Numbered from the stretch's first letter, positions 8,079 through 17,213 are shown. The stretch is 26,855 nucleotides of DNA from a bacterium (GCA_046484135.1 JAWOBU010000115.1:1-26855), one strand, 5' to 3'. Notes: a model not told the origin generated them from the sequence alone. Numbers and translations are program-made.

Positions 8079-8106
8079 ATTATACCCGCTCCGTCGCGTT
8101 TGTCAA
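8079..8106 (-). promoter_or_regulatory. sigma70-type promoter driving the leader and carboxylase cluster
   Basis: Minus strand TTGACA (8106-8101), 16-nt spacer, TATAAT (8084-8079). Confidence 0.85.
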
Positions 8107-8310
8107 GGAAGAGATTGGGTGAAGTTCCCCCATTTTCACTTGGGGGAAAACATATCCCGGCAATATGAAAAGGAAATCCAGAATCAGGGAATTAAAATTG
8201 GGGGAAATTCACAGAAATGCTCTTTTTCTTGAACCAAAGAGGGTAGGTGTTTTCCGGCTGAGACGTTATACTGGTATGCTCAGAATTTCACAGGAGCTCT
8301 CCGGGCCGGG

Positions 8311-9558
8311 ATGTTGAGAAAAGAAAAGCTGATACTTTTGACCACGGTCATCTCTCATGCGCTCACCCACGTGGCGGAGCTCACCTTTCCGTCCACCGCC
8401 CTACTGGTAACCGGCGAGCTTCTGGAGAAGGGCAAGGGCTATGCAGAGATAGGCATCGCCACTTTTATCTCCGCGCTTCTTTTCGGCCTGGCCGCGCTTC
8501 CTTCCGGCCGGCTGGTGGACAAGCTGGGTGCCCGCCGGGTCATCCTGATCTTTCTTTTCGGCACCGGTGCTTCGCTGGTGGTGCTTTCCTTTTCCACCGG
8601 CTTTGTCATGTTTACAATCGCGCTGGCCGCGGTGGGTCTTTTCTCCGGTCTTTATCACCCCGCAGGGACAACCATGATATCTTTGGGCATCCGGGAGCAC
8701 GGCAAGGCCATGGGGGCCCACGGGGTGGGCGGCAACCTGGGACTGGCCGTTACTCCTTTCTTCGCCGCCTCCCTGGCCCGGGCGCTGGGGGACTGGCGGT
8801 TGGCTTACATGCTGATCGGGGCCCTGCCGGTGTTGCTCGGCCTGTTCATTTTGTTCCGTCTCACCGAGGTCGGCGCCAAAGAAGAGGGACCTCCGGAAGA
8901 GAAGAGCGGCGACAGCGGCACAAACCCCGGCGGACTGCAGGGCTCTTCCGTGCTGGTTGTTCCCCTGGTACTGCTTTTTGTCATGGCCGTTTTTAACGGT
9001 ATGACCTACCGAGGCCTCATGACCTTTCTGCCGTCTTACTTTGCGGAGCGGGTCGAGATGAACTGGGAGGTTTTGAGCTTTCTGGCAGGGGAGACGGCAG
9101 CAGGCAGGGGAGTGATAGTGGGGGGAGTGATGACCACTTTCATCCTGCTTCTGGGGGTCGTCGGCCAGTACGCGGGCGGGAACCTGGCCGACCGGGTCAA
9201 GAAGGAAAAGCTCTACTGCGGCATCTTTTTTGTTACCGCGCCCATACTTTTGAGCCTGGCGTTCCTTTCGGGAGCGGCGCTGGTGGCGGCCACCGGATTG
9301 TTCGCCTTTTTATACTTCGCCAATCAGCCGGTGGGAAACTCGACCCTGCCGCGCTACACTTCGCCGGCGGTGCGCGGTGTGGTCTTCGGCCTGTTCTTTT
9401 TCGTGAACTTCGGCGCCGGCTCGATCATGAGCTGGATCGCGGGCGAGACCGGGGAGAGGTTCAACCTCTCCTACATCTTCTACATCTTTGCGGCGTGTCT
9501 TACTGTGGCAGGTCTTTTAGGGATATGGCTGGCGGTAAGAACGCGAAGTCTGGATTGA
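8311..9558 (+). CDS. MFS transporter
   Basis: About 12 TM helices, motif A GRLVDKLGARR, GLYHPAG, second-half GNLADRV. Confidence 0.93.
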   Translation: MLRKEKLILLTTVISHALTHVAELTFPSTALLVTGELLEKGKGYAEIGIATFISALLFGLAALPSGRLVDKLGARRVILIFLFGTGASLVVLSFSTGFVMFTIALAAVGLFSGLYHPAGTTMISLGIREHGKAMGAHGVGGNLGLAVTPFFAASLARALGDWRLAYMLIGALPVLLGLFILFRLTEVGAKEEGPPEEKSGDSGTNPGGLQGSSVLVVPLVLLFVMAVFNGMTYRGLMTFLPSYFAERVEMNWEVLSFLAGETAAGRGVIVGGVMTTFILLLGVVGQYAGGNLADRVKKEKLYCGIFFVTAPILLSLAFLSGAALVAATGLFAFLYFANQPVGNSTLPRYTSPAVRGVVFGLFFFVNFGAGSIMSWIAGETGERFNLSYIFYIFAACLTVAGLLGIWLAVRTRSLD

Positions 9559-9619
9559 GACGAGACGGCTCTGTTTAATGTTGGTTTTGTTCCTGTTAAA
9601 GTAAAACCCGGGTGCTCAA

Positions 9620-10576
9620 ATGGAAATATTATTTTCTTCTCTCTTTTTTGTTGCCGGGCTGGTGATCCTCTATTTTGGCGCGAACTACATGGTGGACGGC
9701 TCTTCCGGCCTGGCTTTGCGGATGGGGGTGAAGCCGCTGGTGGTCGGCCTTACAGTGGTGGCCTTCGGGACCAGCGCGCCCGAGATGGTAACCTCGATTA
9801 TCGCCGCGGTTACCGAGTCTCCCCAGATCGCCCTCGGCAACGTGATCGGGTCCAATATCGCCAACGTGGGCCTTATCGTGGGAGTTAGCGCGCTTATTCT
9901 TCCAATTGTGGCGGACCGGTCTTTTCTCCGGATGGACGTGCCTTTCCTTTTGGGGTCCATGGTTCTTCTCTACCTGGTGAGCATAGACGGGCTCATTTCG
10001 GGGCTGGACGGTCTTCTCATGCTGGCCGGTCTTGCCCTGTTTATTTACATGACCTACCGGGGCTCCGCCAAGCGGGGAGAGCCGCGCGAGGAGGTCCCCC
10101 AAAAGTCTCTTACCTTGAGGCGGGAGATACTTTACACCCTGGGCGGGCTAGCGGGCTTGACTTTGGGGGCCCATTTCATGGTTGACTCCGCGGTAAAGAT
10201 CGCCACTGTGATGGGCGTGTCCAAGCTGGTTATCGGGGCCACCATCGTGGCGGTGGGAACCAGCCTGCCCGAACTCGCGACCTCGCTCGCGGCCATCGCC
10301 AAAAAGCAGCCGGACATCGGGGTCGGCAACATCATCGGCTCGAACGTGTTCAACATCTGCTCGGTCCTGGGGGTCGCTCCCCTGTTGCAAGTGATCGAGG
10401 TGGACCGGCACCTGTTTTTTTACGAGTATCCCATCATGATCGCGTTCTCGGTGGTCCTGTCTTTAATGCTGGCCAAGAGGTCCGGCGTTATCACCAGGTG
10501 GGAAGGAGCGCTCCTGTTCGCCGGGTTTGTGGCCTTCATGACCTGGTCCTTTCTGACCGGCCAAGTGCCGTACTGA
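9620..10576 (+). CDS. Ca2+/Na+ antiporter (CaCA, YrbG-like)
   Basis: Alpha repeats GTSAPE..GNVIGSNIAN and GTSLPE..GNIIGSNVFN. Confidence 0.95.
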   Translation: MEILFSSLFFVAGLVILYFGANYMVDGSSGLALRMGVKPLVVGLTVVAFGTSAPEMVTSIIAAVTESPQIALGNVIGSNIANVGLIVGVSALILPIVADRSFLRMDVPFLLGSMVLLYLVSIDGLISGLDGLLMLAGLALFIYMTYRGSAKRGEPREEVPQKSLTLRREILYTLGGLAGLTLGAHFMVDSAVKIATVMGVSKLVIGATIVAVGTSLPELATSLAAIAKKQPDIGVGNIIGSNVFNICSVLGVAPLLQVIEVDRHLFFYEYPIMIAFSVVLSLMLAKRSGVITRWEGALLFAGFVAFMTWSFLTGQVPY

Positions 10577-10579
10577 GGG

Positions 10580-12010
10580 TCAAGGCAGCCGGAACACCCG
10601 TAGTATGGTTGATCCTTTTCTCCATAGGCTTATCCGGACGAAATCTCCGGAGCCGAGTTTTGAGACCGCTTTTTCGAAGTCGTCGGGGTTTTTTATGTTT
10701 TTGAAGTTGATCTTGTAGATAACGTCGCCCTCCCTGATGCCGTAGGCGGCTCCTGGGCTTTGGGGGGCTACGCTTGCCACCAGCACTCCTTCGATATCTT
10801 GGGGCATATCCAGCTTTTCCCGTTTTTCAGGCGTAATCTCTTTTACTCCGAGTCCCAGTGCGTTGTCCGCTGACGTTTGTCCCCTGACCTTGAGCTCGGC
10901 CATCTCCTCCCTAGAGGGAATTTTTTCCAGCAACACCTCGTCGGTTTTTTTCTCTCCTTCATGCAGCCAGGTGAGAGTCGCTTTGTTGCCCACTCCGAAG
11001 GTGGACACCTTGGTGGGAAGGTCGCCGGAGTCCTGGATTTTCTCCCCTTCAAATCGGAGGATCACGTCTCCGACCTCGAGGCCCAGCTTGTCCGCGGGGC
11101 TTCCCACCACCACCTGTGCCACGTGGGCGCCGTAGGGCTCGTCCATTCCCTTTTCTTCGGCCAGCTCTCCGGTTACCGGCTCGATGGAGACCCCCAGCCA
11201 GCTCCGGACCACCTCGCCCTTCTTCTTGAGCTGAGGGAGGATCATCTTCACCATGTTGATGGGAGTGGCAAAGCCGATGCCCACGTTGCCGCCGGTGGGG
11301 GATATGATAAGGGTGTTGACCGCCACCACCTCGCCGCGGATGTTGATGAGCGGACCGCCCGAATTGCCGGCGTTGATGGAGGCATCGGTCTGGATGAAGT
11401 CGTCGTAGTTGCCGAGCCCGAGCCGACGCCCCTTGGCGGACACCACCCCCACCGTAAAGGTATGGGGAAAGTTGAAGGGGCTCCCGATGGCCGCGACCCA
11501 GTCTCCGACCCGCAGCTTGTCCGAGTTCCCGAGCGGAAGCACCGGCAGGCCTTCCTCGTCTATCTTGATGAGTGCGATGTCAATGGCCTTGTCCGTGCCC
11601 ACCAGCTCGGCGTCATACTCTTTCTTTTGATCGGTCCCTACCACCACCTTGATCTCTTCCGACTTGGCGATCACGTGGTAGTTGGTCAGGATGTATCCGT
11701 CCGAGCTCAGGATAAATCCGCTGCCCGCGCCCTGCTGTTTCTTGGGAGGCTGCTGGAAAAAGAAAAAGCCGCCCTCGACCTCCCGGCTGGTGTGGACCGT
11801 AACCACCGCGGGCATGGCCTCCTGGGCAAGCGGAGCAAACGACCTTTTGATGTCCGGGCCGCTGAGCTCGGACCGGTCCCACTCGGGGGCCTCCTTCCAA
11901 AAGTTTTCCTCTGCCGCGCCCGAGCTTGCGAAAAGAAACGCGGCCAGGACTGCGAACACGAAAAATTTAAATACTTTTCCACTCATACACATTTGCACTG
12001 TTCGGGACAT
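10580..12010 (-). CDS. DegP/DegQ (HtrA) periplasmic serine protease with two PDZ domains
   Basis: Signal peptide, GSGFI..GYILTNYHV, DIAL, IQTDASINAGNSGGPL, two PDZ repeats. Confidence 0.96.
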   Translation of the reverse strand: MSRTVQMCMSGKVFKFFVFAVLAAFLFASSGAAEENFWKEAPEWDRSELSGPDIKRSFAPLAQEAMPAVVTVHTSREVEGGFFFFQQPPKKQQGAGSGFILSSDGYILTNYHVIAKSEEIKVVVGTDQKKEYDAELVGTDKAIDIALIKIDEEGLPVLPLGNSDKLRVGDWVAAIGSPFNFPHTFTVGVVSAKGRRLGLGNYDDFIQTDASINAGNSGGPLINIRGEVVAVNTLIISPTGGNVGIGFATPINMVKMILPQLKKKGEVVRSWLGVSIEPVTGELAEEKGMDEPYGAHVAQVVVGSPADKLGLEVGDVILRFEGEKIQDSGDLPTKVSTFGVGNKATLTWLHEGEKKTDEVLLEKIPSREEMAELKVRGQTSADNALGLGVKEITPEKREKLDMPQDIEGVLVASVAPQSPGAAYGIREGDVIYKINFKNIKNPDDFEKAVSKLGSGDFVRISLWRKGSTILRVFRLP

Positions 12011-12028
12011 TTAGGCTCTCTCCTTTTT

Positions 12029-12523
12029 CTACTGTTTTTTCGAGACTTCCAGGAACGCCATTCGGAGCTCATAGAGGATGTTCTTTATAAGCTTGTCTTC
12101 CTCTTGGTCCAAGTTGCCCTGGGTCTTCTTCTCCAGCATCTCCAGAAGGTCTATGTGATATCTGGCGAGGGGAAGGTCCACGTTTGTCTGGTTGTTCTCA
12201 GGGTTGGGGACCAGCCCCAGGTGGATAAGCGCGGCACTGTGCAGGGAGAGAAGAAAGGACGGAAGGTTGGCGGGCGGAGGCTGGCTCTGGCTTTGCCCGG
12301 CTGAACCAGCCTGTTGCCCGGCTTTTTCCCGGCCCCCTTCCGAAGGCCCGGCAGCTTCGGAGGAGCTGGAAGCGGAAGATTCTTTCGGGACCGAATCCGA
12401 AGACGGCGGCCCTTGTTCAGTGCTCTTCTCTGCTTTTTTCTCCTCGGAAGGGGCCTCGCCCTCTTCCGAATCGATCCTCCGGTCAACCACGGAAAAGCCC
12501 TTGTTAGAATTGTCCTCGCTCAT
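12029..12523 (-). CDS. DUF1844 domain protein with low-complexity N-terminal linker
   Basis: ALIHLGLVPNP...LARYHIDLLEMLEKKTQGNL..EE..L..ILYELRMAF pattern; GGAGG RBS. Confidence 0.88.
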   Translation of the reverse strand: MSEDNSNKGFSVVDRRIDSEEGEAPSEEKKAEKSTEQGPPSSDSVPKESSASSSSEAAGPSEGGREKAGQQAGSAGQSQSQPPPANLPSFLLSLHSAALIHLGLVPNPENNQTNVDLPLARYHIDLLEMLEKKTQGNLDQEEDKLIKNILYELRMAFLEVSKKQ

Positions 12524-12785
12524 GTCATGTCCTCCCGGCTAAGATCATAATTACCCTTTTACCGCTCGGAGCGGTCCCGGCGGCTTCTCTTATAAAAATA
12601 TGCACTTTTATCCTGATTTCAAGGGAAGAGATAGCTCGCGGGGTTTTCCCCGGTTGAATCCTTTTTGCTATCCATTAAAATAAGCTTGGTAGAAAGACGT
12701 TAATTTTAATTGTTTGGTTTCGCTTGAGAGTTTTATATCCGGCTTGGTGGAGCTACTCATTCGACCAGTAAGGAGGTGCATAAAG

Positions 12786-13592
12786 ATGCTATCGCGCAAG
12801 CCTGCTGTCGCCGGTCAGTTTTATCCTGGTACCAAAGCCGACATTCTTACTAAGCTGGAAGGATTGACGGAGCGGGTTGCTGAAAAGGAGAAGGCGCTGG
12901 GCGTCATGTCTCCGCACGCGGGCTGGATGTTCTCGGGCCGTGGCGCAGGCATTGTTTTCAGCCGGGTGGAGATACCGCAGACAGTGGTTGTGCTTTGCCC
13001 CAATCATCGCGGCGCAGGAGCGGATATGGCAGTGATGGCGGAAGGCGTCTGGGAGCTTCCCTCCGGCAACATCGAGATCGAAAGCGGGTTTGCCGGGACG
13101 CTGCTCGACAAGTGCCCGTCCCTCTCCGACGATCATCGCGCGCACGCGGCCGAGCACTCCTTGGAGGTCCAGCTTCCTTTTATCCAGTACTTCCGGCCCG
13201 ACTTCAAGCTGGTGCCGGTGTCGCTGGGCAGGGTCGGATTAGAGGAGTGCCGGGAGCTTGGGACCGCGCTTTCGGAGGCCGCGGCCGAGTACGGGGAGGA
13301 GGTCCTGGTGGTGGCCAGCACCGACATGACCCACTTCGAGAGTTCGGCCTCTGCCGAGAAAAAGGACAAGCTGGCCCTGGACAGGGTCCGGGCGCTGGAC
13401 CCGGAAGGCCTTTTCAACACGGTAGTGAAAAACCGGATCAGCATGTGCGGGTTCCTGCCTGTTACCGCCATGCTGGTTTACGCGCTGGAGCGGGGCGCAA
13501 GCGAGGCCTCCCTGATTGACTACCGCAACTCGGGGGATGTCACCGGCGACTACGGCGAGGTCGTGGCTTATGCATCGGTGATCGTGAAGTAG
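12786..13592 (+). CDS. MEMO1-family protein (AmmeMemoRadiSam protein B)
   Basis: RKPAVAGQFYP, PHAGW, PNH, EHSLEVQLPF, ASTDMTH, SMCG, SGDV; AGGAGG RBS favours ATG 12786. Confidence 0.95.
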   Translation: MLSRKPAVAGQFYPGTKADILTKLEGLTERVAEKEKALGVMSPHAGWMFSGRGAGIVFSRVEIPQTVVVLCPNHRGAGADMAVMAEGVWELPSGNIEIESGFAGTLLDKCPSLSDDHRAHAAEHSLEVQLPFIQYFRPDFKLVPVSLGRVGLEECRELGTALSEAAAEYGEEVLVVASTDMTHFESSASAEKKDKLALDRVRALDPEGLFNTVVKNRISMCGFLPVTAMLVYALERGASEASLIDYRNSGDVTGDYGEVVAYASVIVK

Positions 13593-13653
13593 CCGGTGTA
13601 GTGTCGGTCGAATCTTCAATTCATGTTACGATAAAAGGAGCCGGCGATTTAAA

Positions 13654-13677
13654 TCGCGACTGAAAGTCGCTCGCACG
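13654..13677. repeat. REP-like palindromic repeat, copy 1
   Basis: TCGCGACTGAAAGTCGCTCGCACG, one base longer than the copies at 21973 and 24979. Confidence 0.8.
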
Positions 13678-13684
13678 AGCTTGA

Positions 13685-13708
13685 CCGCGATTGAAAATCG
13701 CTAGCAAG
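13685..13708. repeat. Degenerate REP-like copy
   Basis: CCGCGATTGAAAATCGCTAGCAAG; the stem is preserved by a compensatory change. Confidence 0.6.
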
Positions 13709-13751
13709 CGGTAATGATTCTTTTACGAGCTTTTTGCAAAAGGTAGGAAAG

Positions 13752-14345
13752 ATGGTTGAGTCGGAACGAAAGGCGACAGTAAACCGGGAGACTCGAGAGA
13801 CGCGGATCAGCGTCGTGCTCGACCTGGACGGCAAAGGGGATGCCCGGATAAAAACCCCTTACGGTTTCCTGGACCACATGGTCGGCTCGCTGGCTATGCA
13901 CGGTCATCTTGACCTTTCCGTATCGGCTGCGGGCGACACCGAGGTGGACGCCCACCACACCGTCGAGGACCTGGGTCTGGCGCTGGGACAGGCGCTTTAC
14001 GAGGCCTTGGGCGACAAGGAAGGTATAGCCAGATTCGGCCAAGCCATGGTGCCCATGGACGACTCGCTGGCCACTGCGGTGATTGATCTTTCCGGCCGGC
14101 CTTACCTGGTTTACGACGTGCACATACCCGAGCGGGAGCGGTGGGAGTTCGACGTGAACCTGGTAAAGGAGTTCTTCCAGGCGCTCACGAACGAGGGCAG
14201 GATGAACCTTCATATTATCCTGAACTACGGCAGCAACTATCACCATGCTTGCGAGGCCCTGTTCAAGGCAGCGGGCCGTGCTATCTCCCAGGCGGTTTCC
14301 AGGGACGTGGAAGGGCTCCTCTCCACCAAGGGGACCCTGGCTTGA
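13752..14345 (+). CDS. hisB: Imidazoleglycerol-phosphate dehydratase
   Basis: RETRETRI, GFLDHM, DAHHTVED, PMDDSLA, NYHHACEALFKA, STKGTL; ATG 13752 after AGGA. Confidence 0.97.
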   Translation: MVESERKATVNRETRETRISVVLDLDGKGDARIKTPYGFLDHMVGSLAMHGHLDLSVSAAGDTEVDAHHTVEDLGLALGQALYEALGDKEGIARFGQAMVPMDDSLATAVIDLSGRPYLVYDVHIPERERWEFDVNLVKEFFQALTNEGRMNLHIILNYGSNYHHACEALFKAAGRAISQAVSRDVEGLLSTKGTLA

Positions 14346-14376
14346 AAAGTTATTTGAATACGCGGAGCAAGTCCGG

Positions 14377-15024
14377 ATGATAGCTGTTGTTGATTACGGT
14401 ATGGGGAACCTCCACAGCGTGCACAAGGGGTTCGAGAATTGGGGCTTTGACGTCCGGGTGACAAGCTCCCCTGCAGAGATAGACAACGCCCATGGAGTGG
14501 TGCTGCCGGGAGTGGGCGCTTTCCGGGACTGCATGAAAAACCTGGACCGGCTGGGTTTGATCGAGCCTCTCCGCCGGTCCATCCGGTCGGGCAAGCCGTT
14601 TCTGGGCATCTGTCTGGGGCTGCAAGTTCTTTTTTCCGAGAGCGAGGAGTTCGGTCGCAGCCAGGGCATGGGCGTGTTTCCCGGCAAGGTGACGAGGTTT
14701 TCCTCATCCATGCCCGACCCGGACAACCCGGCCGGCCCTTTCTTGAAGATACCTCACATGGGATGGAACCAGGTGGCGAAAACACAGGACGTTCCCGCCC
14801 TCGAGGGCATCGAGCCGGGCTCTTACTTTTACTTTGTCCACTCCTATTACGTGGCGCCCGAAGAGCCGGAGATCGCGGCTACCACCACTGATTACGGGGT
14901 CGAGTTCATCTCCAGCGTGGCCCGCGACAACGTGTTCGCCTGCCAGTTCCACCCGGAAAAGAGCCAGAAGCTGGGACTCAAGATCATAAAGAACTTTGGA
15001 GAATGGGTAAATGGTAAATTGTAA
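14377..15024 (+). CDS. hisH: Imidazole glycerol phosphate synthase glutaminase subunit
   Basis: MIAVVDYGMGNL, LPGVGAF, LGICLGLQ, IPHMGWN, YFVHSY, QFHPEKS; start 14377 rather than 14245. Confidence 0.97.
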   Translation: MIAVVDYGMGNLHSVHKGFENWGFDVRVTSSPAEIDNAHGVVLPGVGAFRDCMKNLDRLGLIEPLRRSIRSGKPFLGICLGLQVLFSESEEFGRSQGMGVFPGKVTRFSSSMPDPDNPAGPFLKIPHMGWNQVAKTQDVPALEGIEPGSYFYFVHSYYVAPEEPEIAATTTDYGVEFISSVARDNVFACQFHPEKSQKLGLKIIKNFGEWVNGKL

Positions 15025-15748
15025 AAAACGTCTGTCCCTTTTAGCGAGCGGAGCTGTGTTGCTTCTCGCTGCCGTTGTTGCCGCGTCTGGAGTAGTGGCG
15101 GCGCTCACGGATTCCGAAAGGAAAAAGGGTTTTGATTTCAGCTCCATTGACCGGGTCGCTTTTCTTGCCATGACCAGGGTCGAGTCGGACAACGATAAAA
15201 TGACCTCGTGCCCGGTCCGGCGGGGCCGCCATCCTGCCTGCGATATAGCCGACCATGCCGAGTCGGAGCTCTCCCGGCTCGTGGCCCATGCGCTTTACGG
15301 ATCGAGCATCGAAGTCGAGTGGATCGAGCAGTCCCGGATGAACGAGGCCCGGGCGAAGCTGAAGAAGGAAGGACGCCCCGAGCTTACCCGCTACGGCTCC
15401 TGGCAGCGGGCCATCGGCAAAGAGCTTCAGGCAGACGCGGTGCTGTTCGGTTTCATCTACTGCTACCGGGAGCGGAAAGGCACAGCCTATGCGTCGGCCG
15501 AGCCCGCGGCCTTGTCGTTCTGCCTCCACCTGGTGGACCCGGAAAGCGGCGAGATTCTATGGACCTTCACTTACGAGGACGAGCAGAAAGCGCTTTTCGA
15601 GAACCTCTTGAACCTCCCCGAGTTCATAGAAAGGGGCTGCAAGTGGATCCCGGTGGAACAAATGGCGCGGGAGGCCGCTCGCAAAGTTGTTGAAAAAACG
15701 CCTTTTCCCCGGCAGGAAAAGACGGCGCAGGAGTCGGGCGGCAGATAA
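15011..15748 (+). CDS. Exported hypothetical protein, possibly CsgG/LpoB-like fold
   Basis: Hydrophobic N-terminus; IGKELQADAVLFG and LVDPESGEILW patterns; overlaps the hisH stop. Confidence 0.7.
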   Translation: MVNCKKRLSLLASGAVLLLAAVVAASGVVAALTDSERKKGFDFSSIDRVAFLAMTRVESDNDKMTSCPVRRGRHPACDIADHAESELSRLVAHALYGSSIEVEWIEQSRMNEARAKLKKEGRPELTRYGSWQRAIGKELQADAVLFGFIYCYRERKGTAYASAEPAALSFCLHLVDPESGEILWTFTYEDEQKALFENLLNLPEFIERGCKWIPVEQMAREAARKVVEKTPFPRQEKTAQESGGR

Positions 15749-16701
15749 TGAGCGGGTTCGAGCGATACATAGAAGGGCTTTTGGACAAGCTGGGCTTAGG
15801 ACATATCAAGGGTTCCTGGGAGGACGCCCGGATTCCAAGTGGAGGTGACACCGAGCTTTACGCCGCGGTGTTCGAGGCTGATGCGCAAGCTCCTTCGGTG
15901 GTGTTCATTCCGGGGACCTCGATTTACGCGCTGTGTTATGCCGAGCTTCTGTACGGGTTTTACAAGCACGGGATCAACGTGGTGGGGTTTGATCCGCGCG
16001 GGCAGGGCCGTAGCACGGGCATCCGGGGCGACTACACCGTCATGGATCACGTAGAGGACGCGGGGGCGGCGTGCGCCTTTGCCCGGGAGCGATTCGGCGG
16101 ACCGGTCTATGTAATGGGCAGCTCCCAGGGAGGTATCGAGGCCTTTTACATGGCTGCCGCGGATGGAGTGGCTGACGGATACATCTGCCACAACCTGGCT
16201 GAGCTTACCTCCGCGCAGAGCCTCCGGCTTACAAGGTTCGGTCCGGCCGGGCCGGTCTCCGGCCGGCTTAAGTCCTTAAGCCCCTGGACCATCTCCTCCC
16301 TCCGGGCCGCGGCCCGGGTTTTCCCGTATGCCCGCGTTCCCATTGCCTCTTACCTGGACCTTAGAAAGGAGCCCATGAAGGTCTTCGGCGACGCCTGGAG
16401 CTTTATCCTGCAGGACCCGCTGGCCCTTCGGTCCATTACCCTCCGGGCCTTTGCCTCGATCGCGGGCACTCCCCTGCCGCGGCCGGTCGAGGACATCCAG
16501 GGGCCCCTCCTGGTTCTTCACTCGAGCGGTGATCACATCTTCCCCGAAGATTACGTCATGGACATCTACAACCGGCTCGGTTGCGAAAAAGAGATCAAGG
16601 TTTACCAAGCTCCCCACCTCGTAACCATAGAGCACGTGCCGGAGATATTGCCCGACCTCGTCGAGTGGGTCTGGCGTAAGGCGAGAGGCGAAGGCGGATA
16701 G
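15748..16701 (+). CDS. Alpha/beta hydrolase (lysophospholipase-like)
   Basis: FDPRGQGRS, GSSQGG nucleophile motif, HSSGDHI, APH; start overlaps upstream stop (TAATG). Confidence 0.9.
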   Translation: MSGFERYIEGLLDKLGLGHIKGSWEDARIPSGGDTELYAAVFEADAQAPSVVFIPGTSIYALCYAELLYGFYKHGINVVGFDPRGQGRSTGIRGDYTVMDHVEDAGAACAFARERFGGPVYVMGSSQGGIEAFYMAAADGVADGYICHNLAELTSAQSLRLTRFGPAGPVSGRLKSLSPWTISSLRAAARVFPYARVPIASYLDLRKEPMKVFGDAWSFILQDPLALRSITLRAFASIAGTPLPRPVEDIQGPLLVLHSSGDHIFPEDYVMDIYNRLGCEKEIKVYQAPHLVTIEHVPEILPDLVEWVWRKARGEGG

Positions 16702-16716
16702 CCGCGGCTTAAGGGT

Positions 16717-17058
16717 TTACTCCTCGGTGTTCGAGTACACGAACTCCCGGATCCTCTGCCGGTCCTGTTCTTCAATCTCCAGGAACTCGATTCCCATGCC
16801 GGGCTGGCGTTCCGGGTTCTCCTTTTGCCGGCGGCTCCACACCACCCTGCCGGTGGCTTCCACGGTTTTTCCATCCTGGGGCAGGCCGAAAGAGATGCGG
16901 AAGGTGGTGCCCGCAGGGTAAGGGTCCTGGGTGATAAGGAACATGCCTCCCGCACTGATGTTCCCGGAAACGTACAGGGGCACGCGGGCACGGGCCGGGT
17001 CTCTTTCCTGCACTTCGAGCTTGCTTACCAAGCGGAAGTTGCTTCTTCGCTCTGCCAT
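16717..17058 (-). CDS. PilZ-domain protein (TIGR02266-like)
   Basis: ERRSNFR (RxxxR), NISAGG (D/NxSxxG), GRVVW, PGMGIEF. Confidence 0.92.
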   Translation of the reverse strand: MAERRSNFRLVSKLEVQERDPARARVPLYVSGNISAGGMFLITQDPYPAGTTFRISFGLPQDGKTVEATGRVVWSRRQKENPERQPGMGIEFLEIEEQDRQRIREFVYSNTEE

Positions 17059-17213
17059 GTCCTGCTCCCGGCGACCGGCGATGAACTCATACCGGCGACG
17101 CCCTTGCCTTTGTTTGGAGGGAGGAAGCTTTTTCCAAGCTTATTAAAAAGCCGTTCCCGGCGGACGGATCGCACCTGGGTTTTCCCGCTCCGGCCCGCCT
17201 GTCCGGCCGCTCT

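Noticed and set aside
10877..12304. 475-aa plus-strand ORF
   Set aside because: Antisense shadow of the HtrA protease and DUF1844 genes
13644..13708. CRISPR mini-array
   Set aside because: Too few units, spacers under 10 nt, no cas genes
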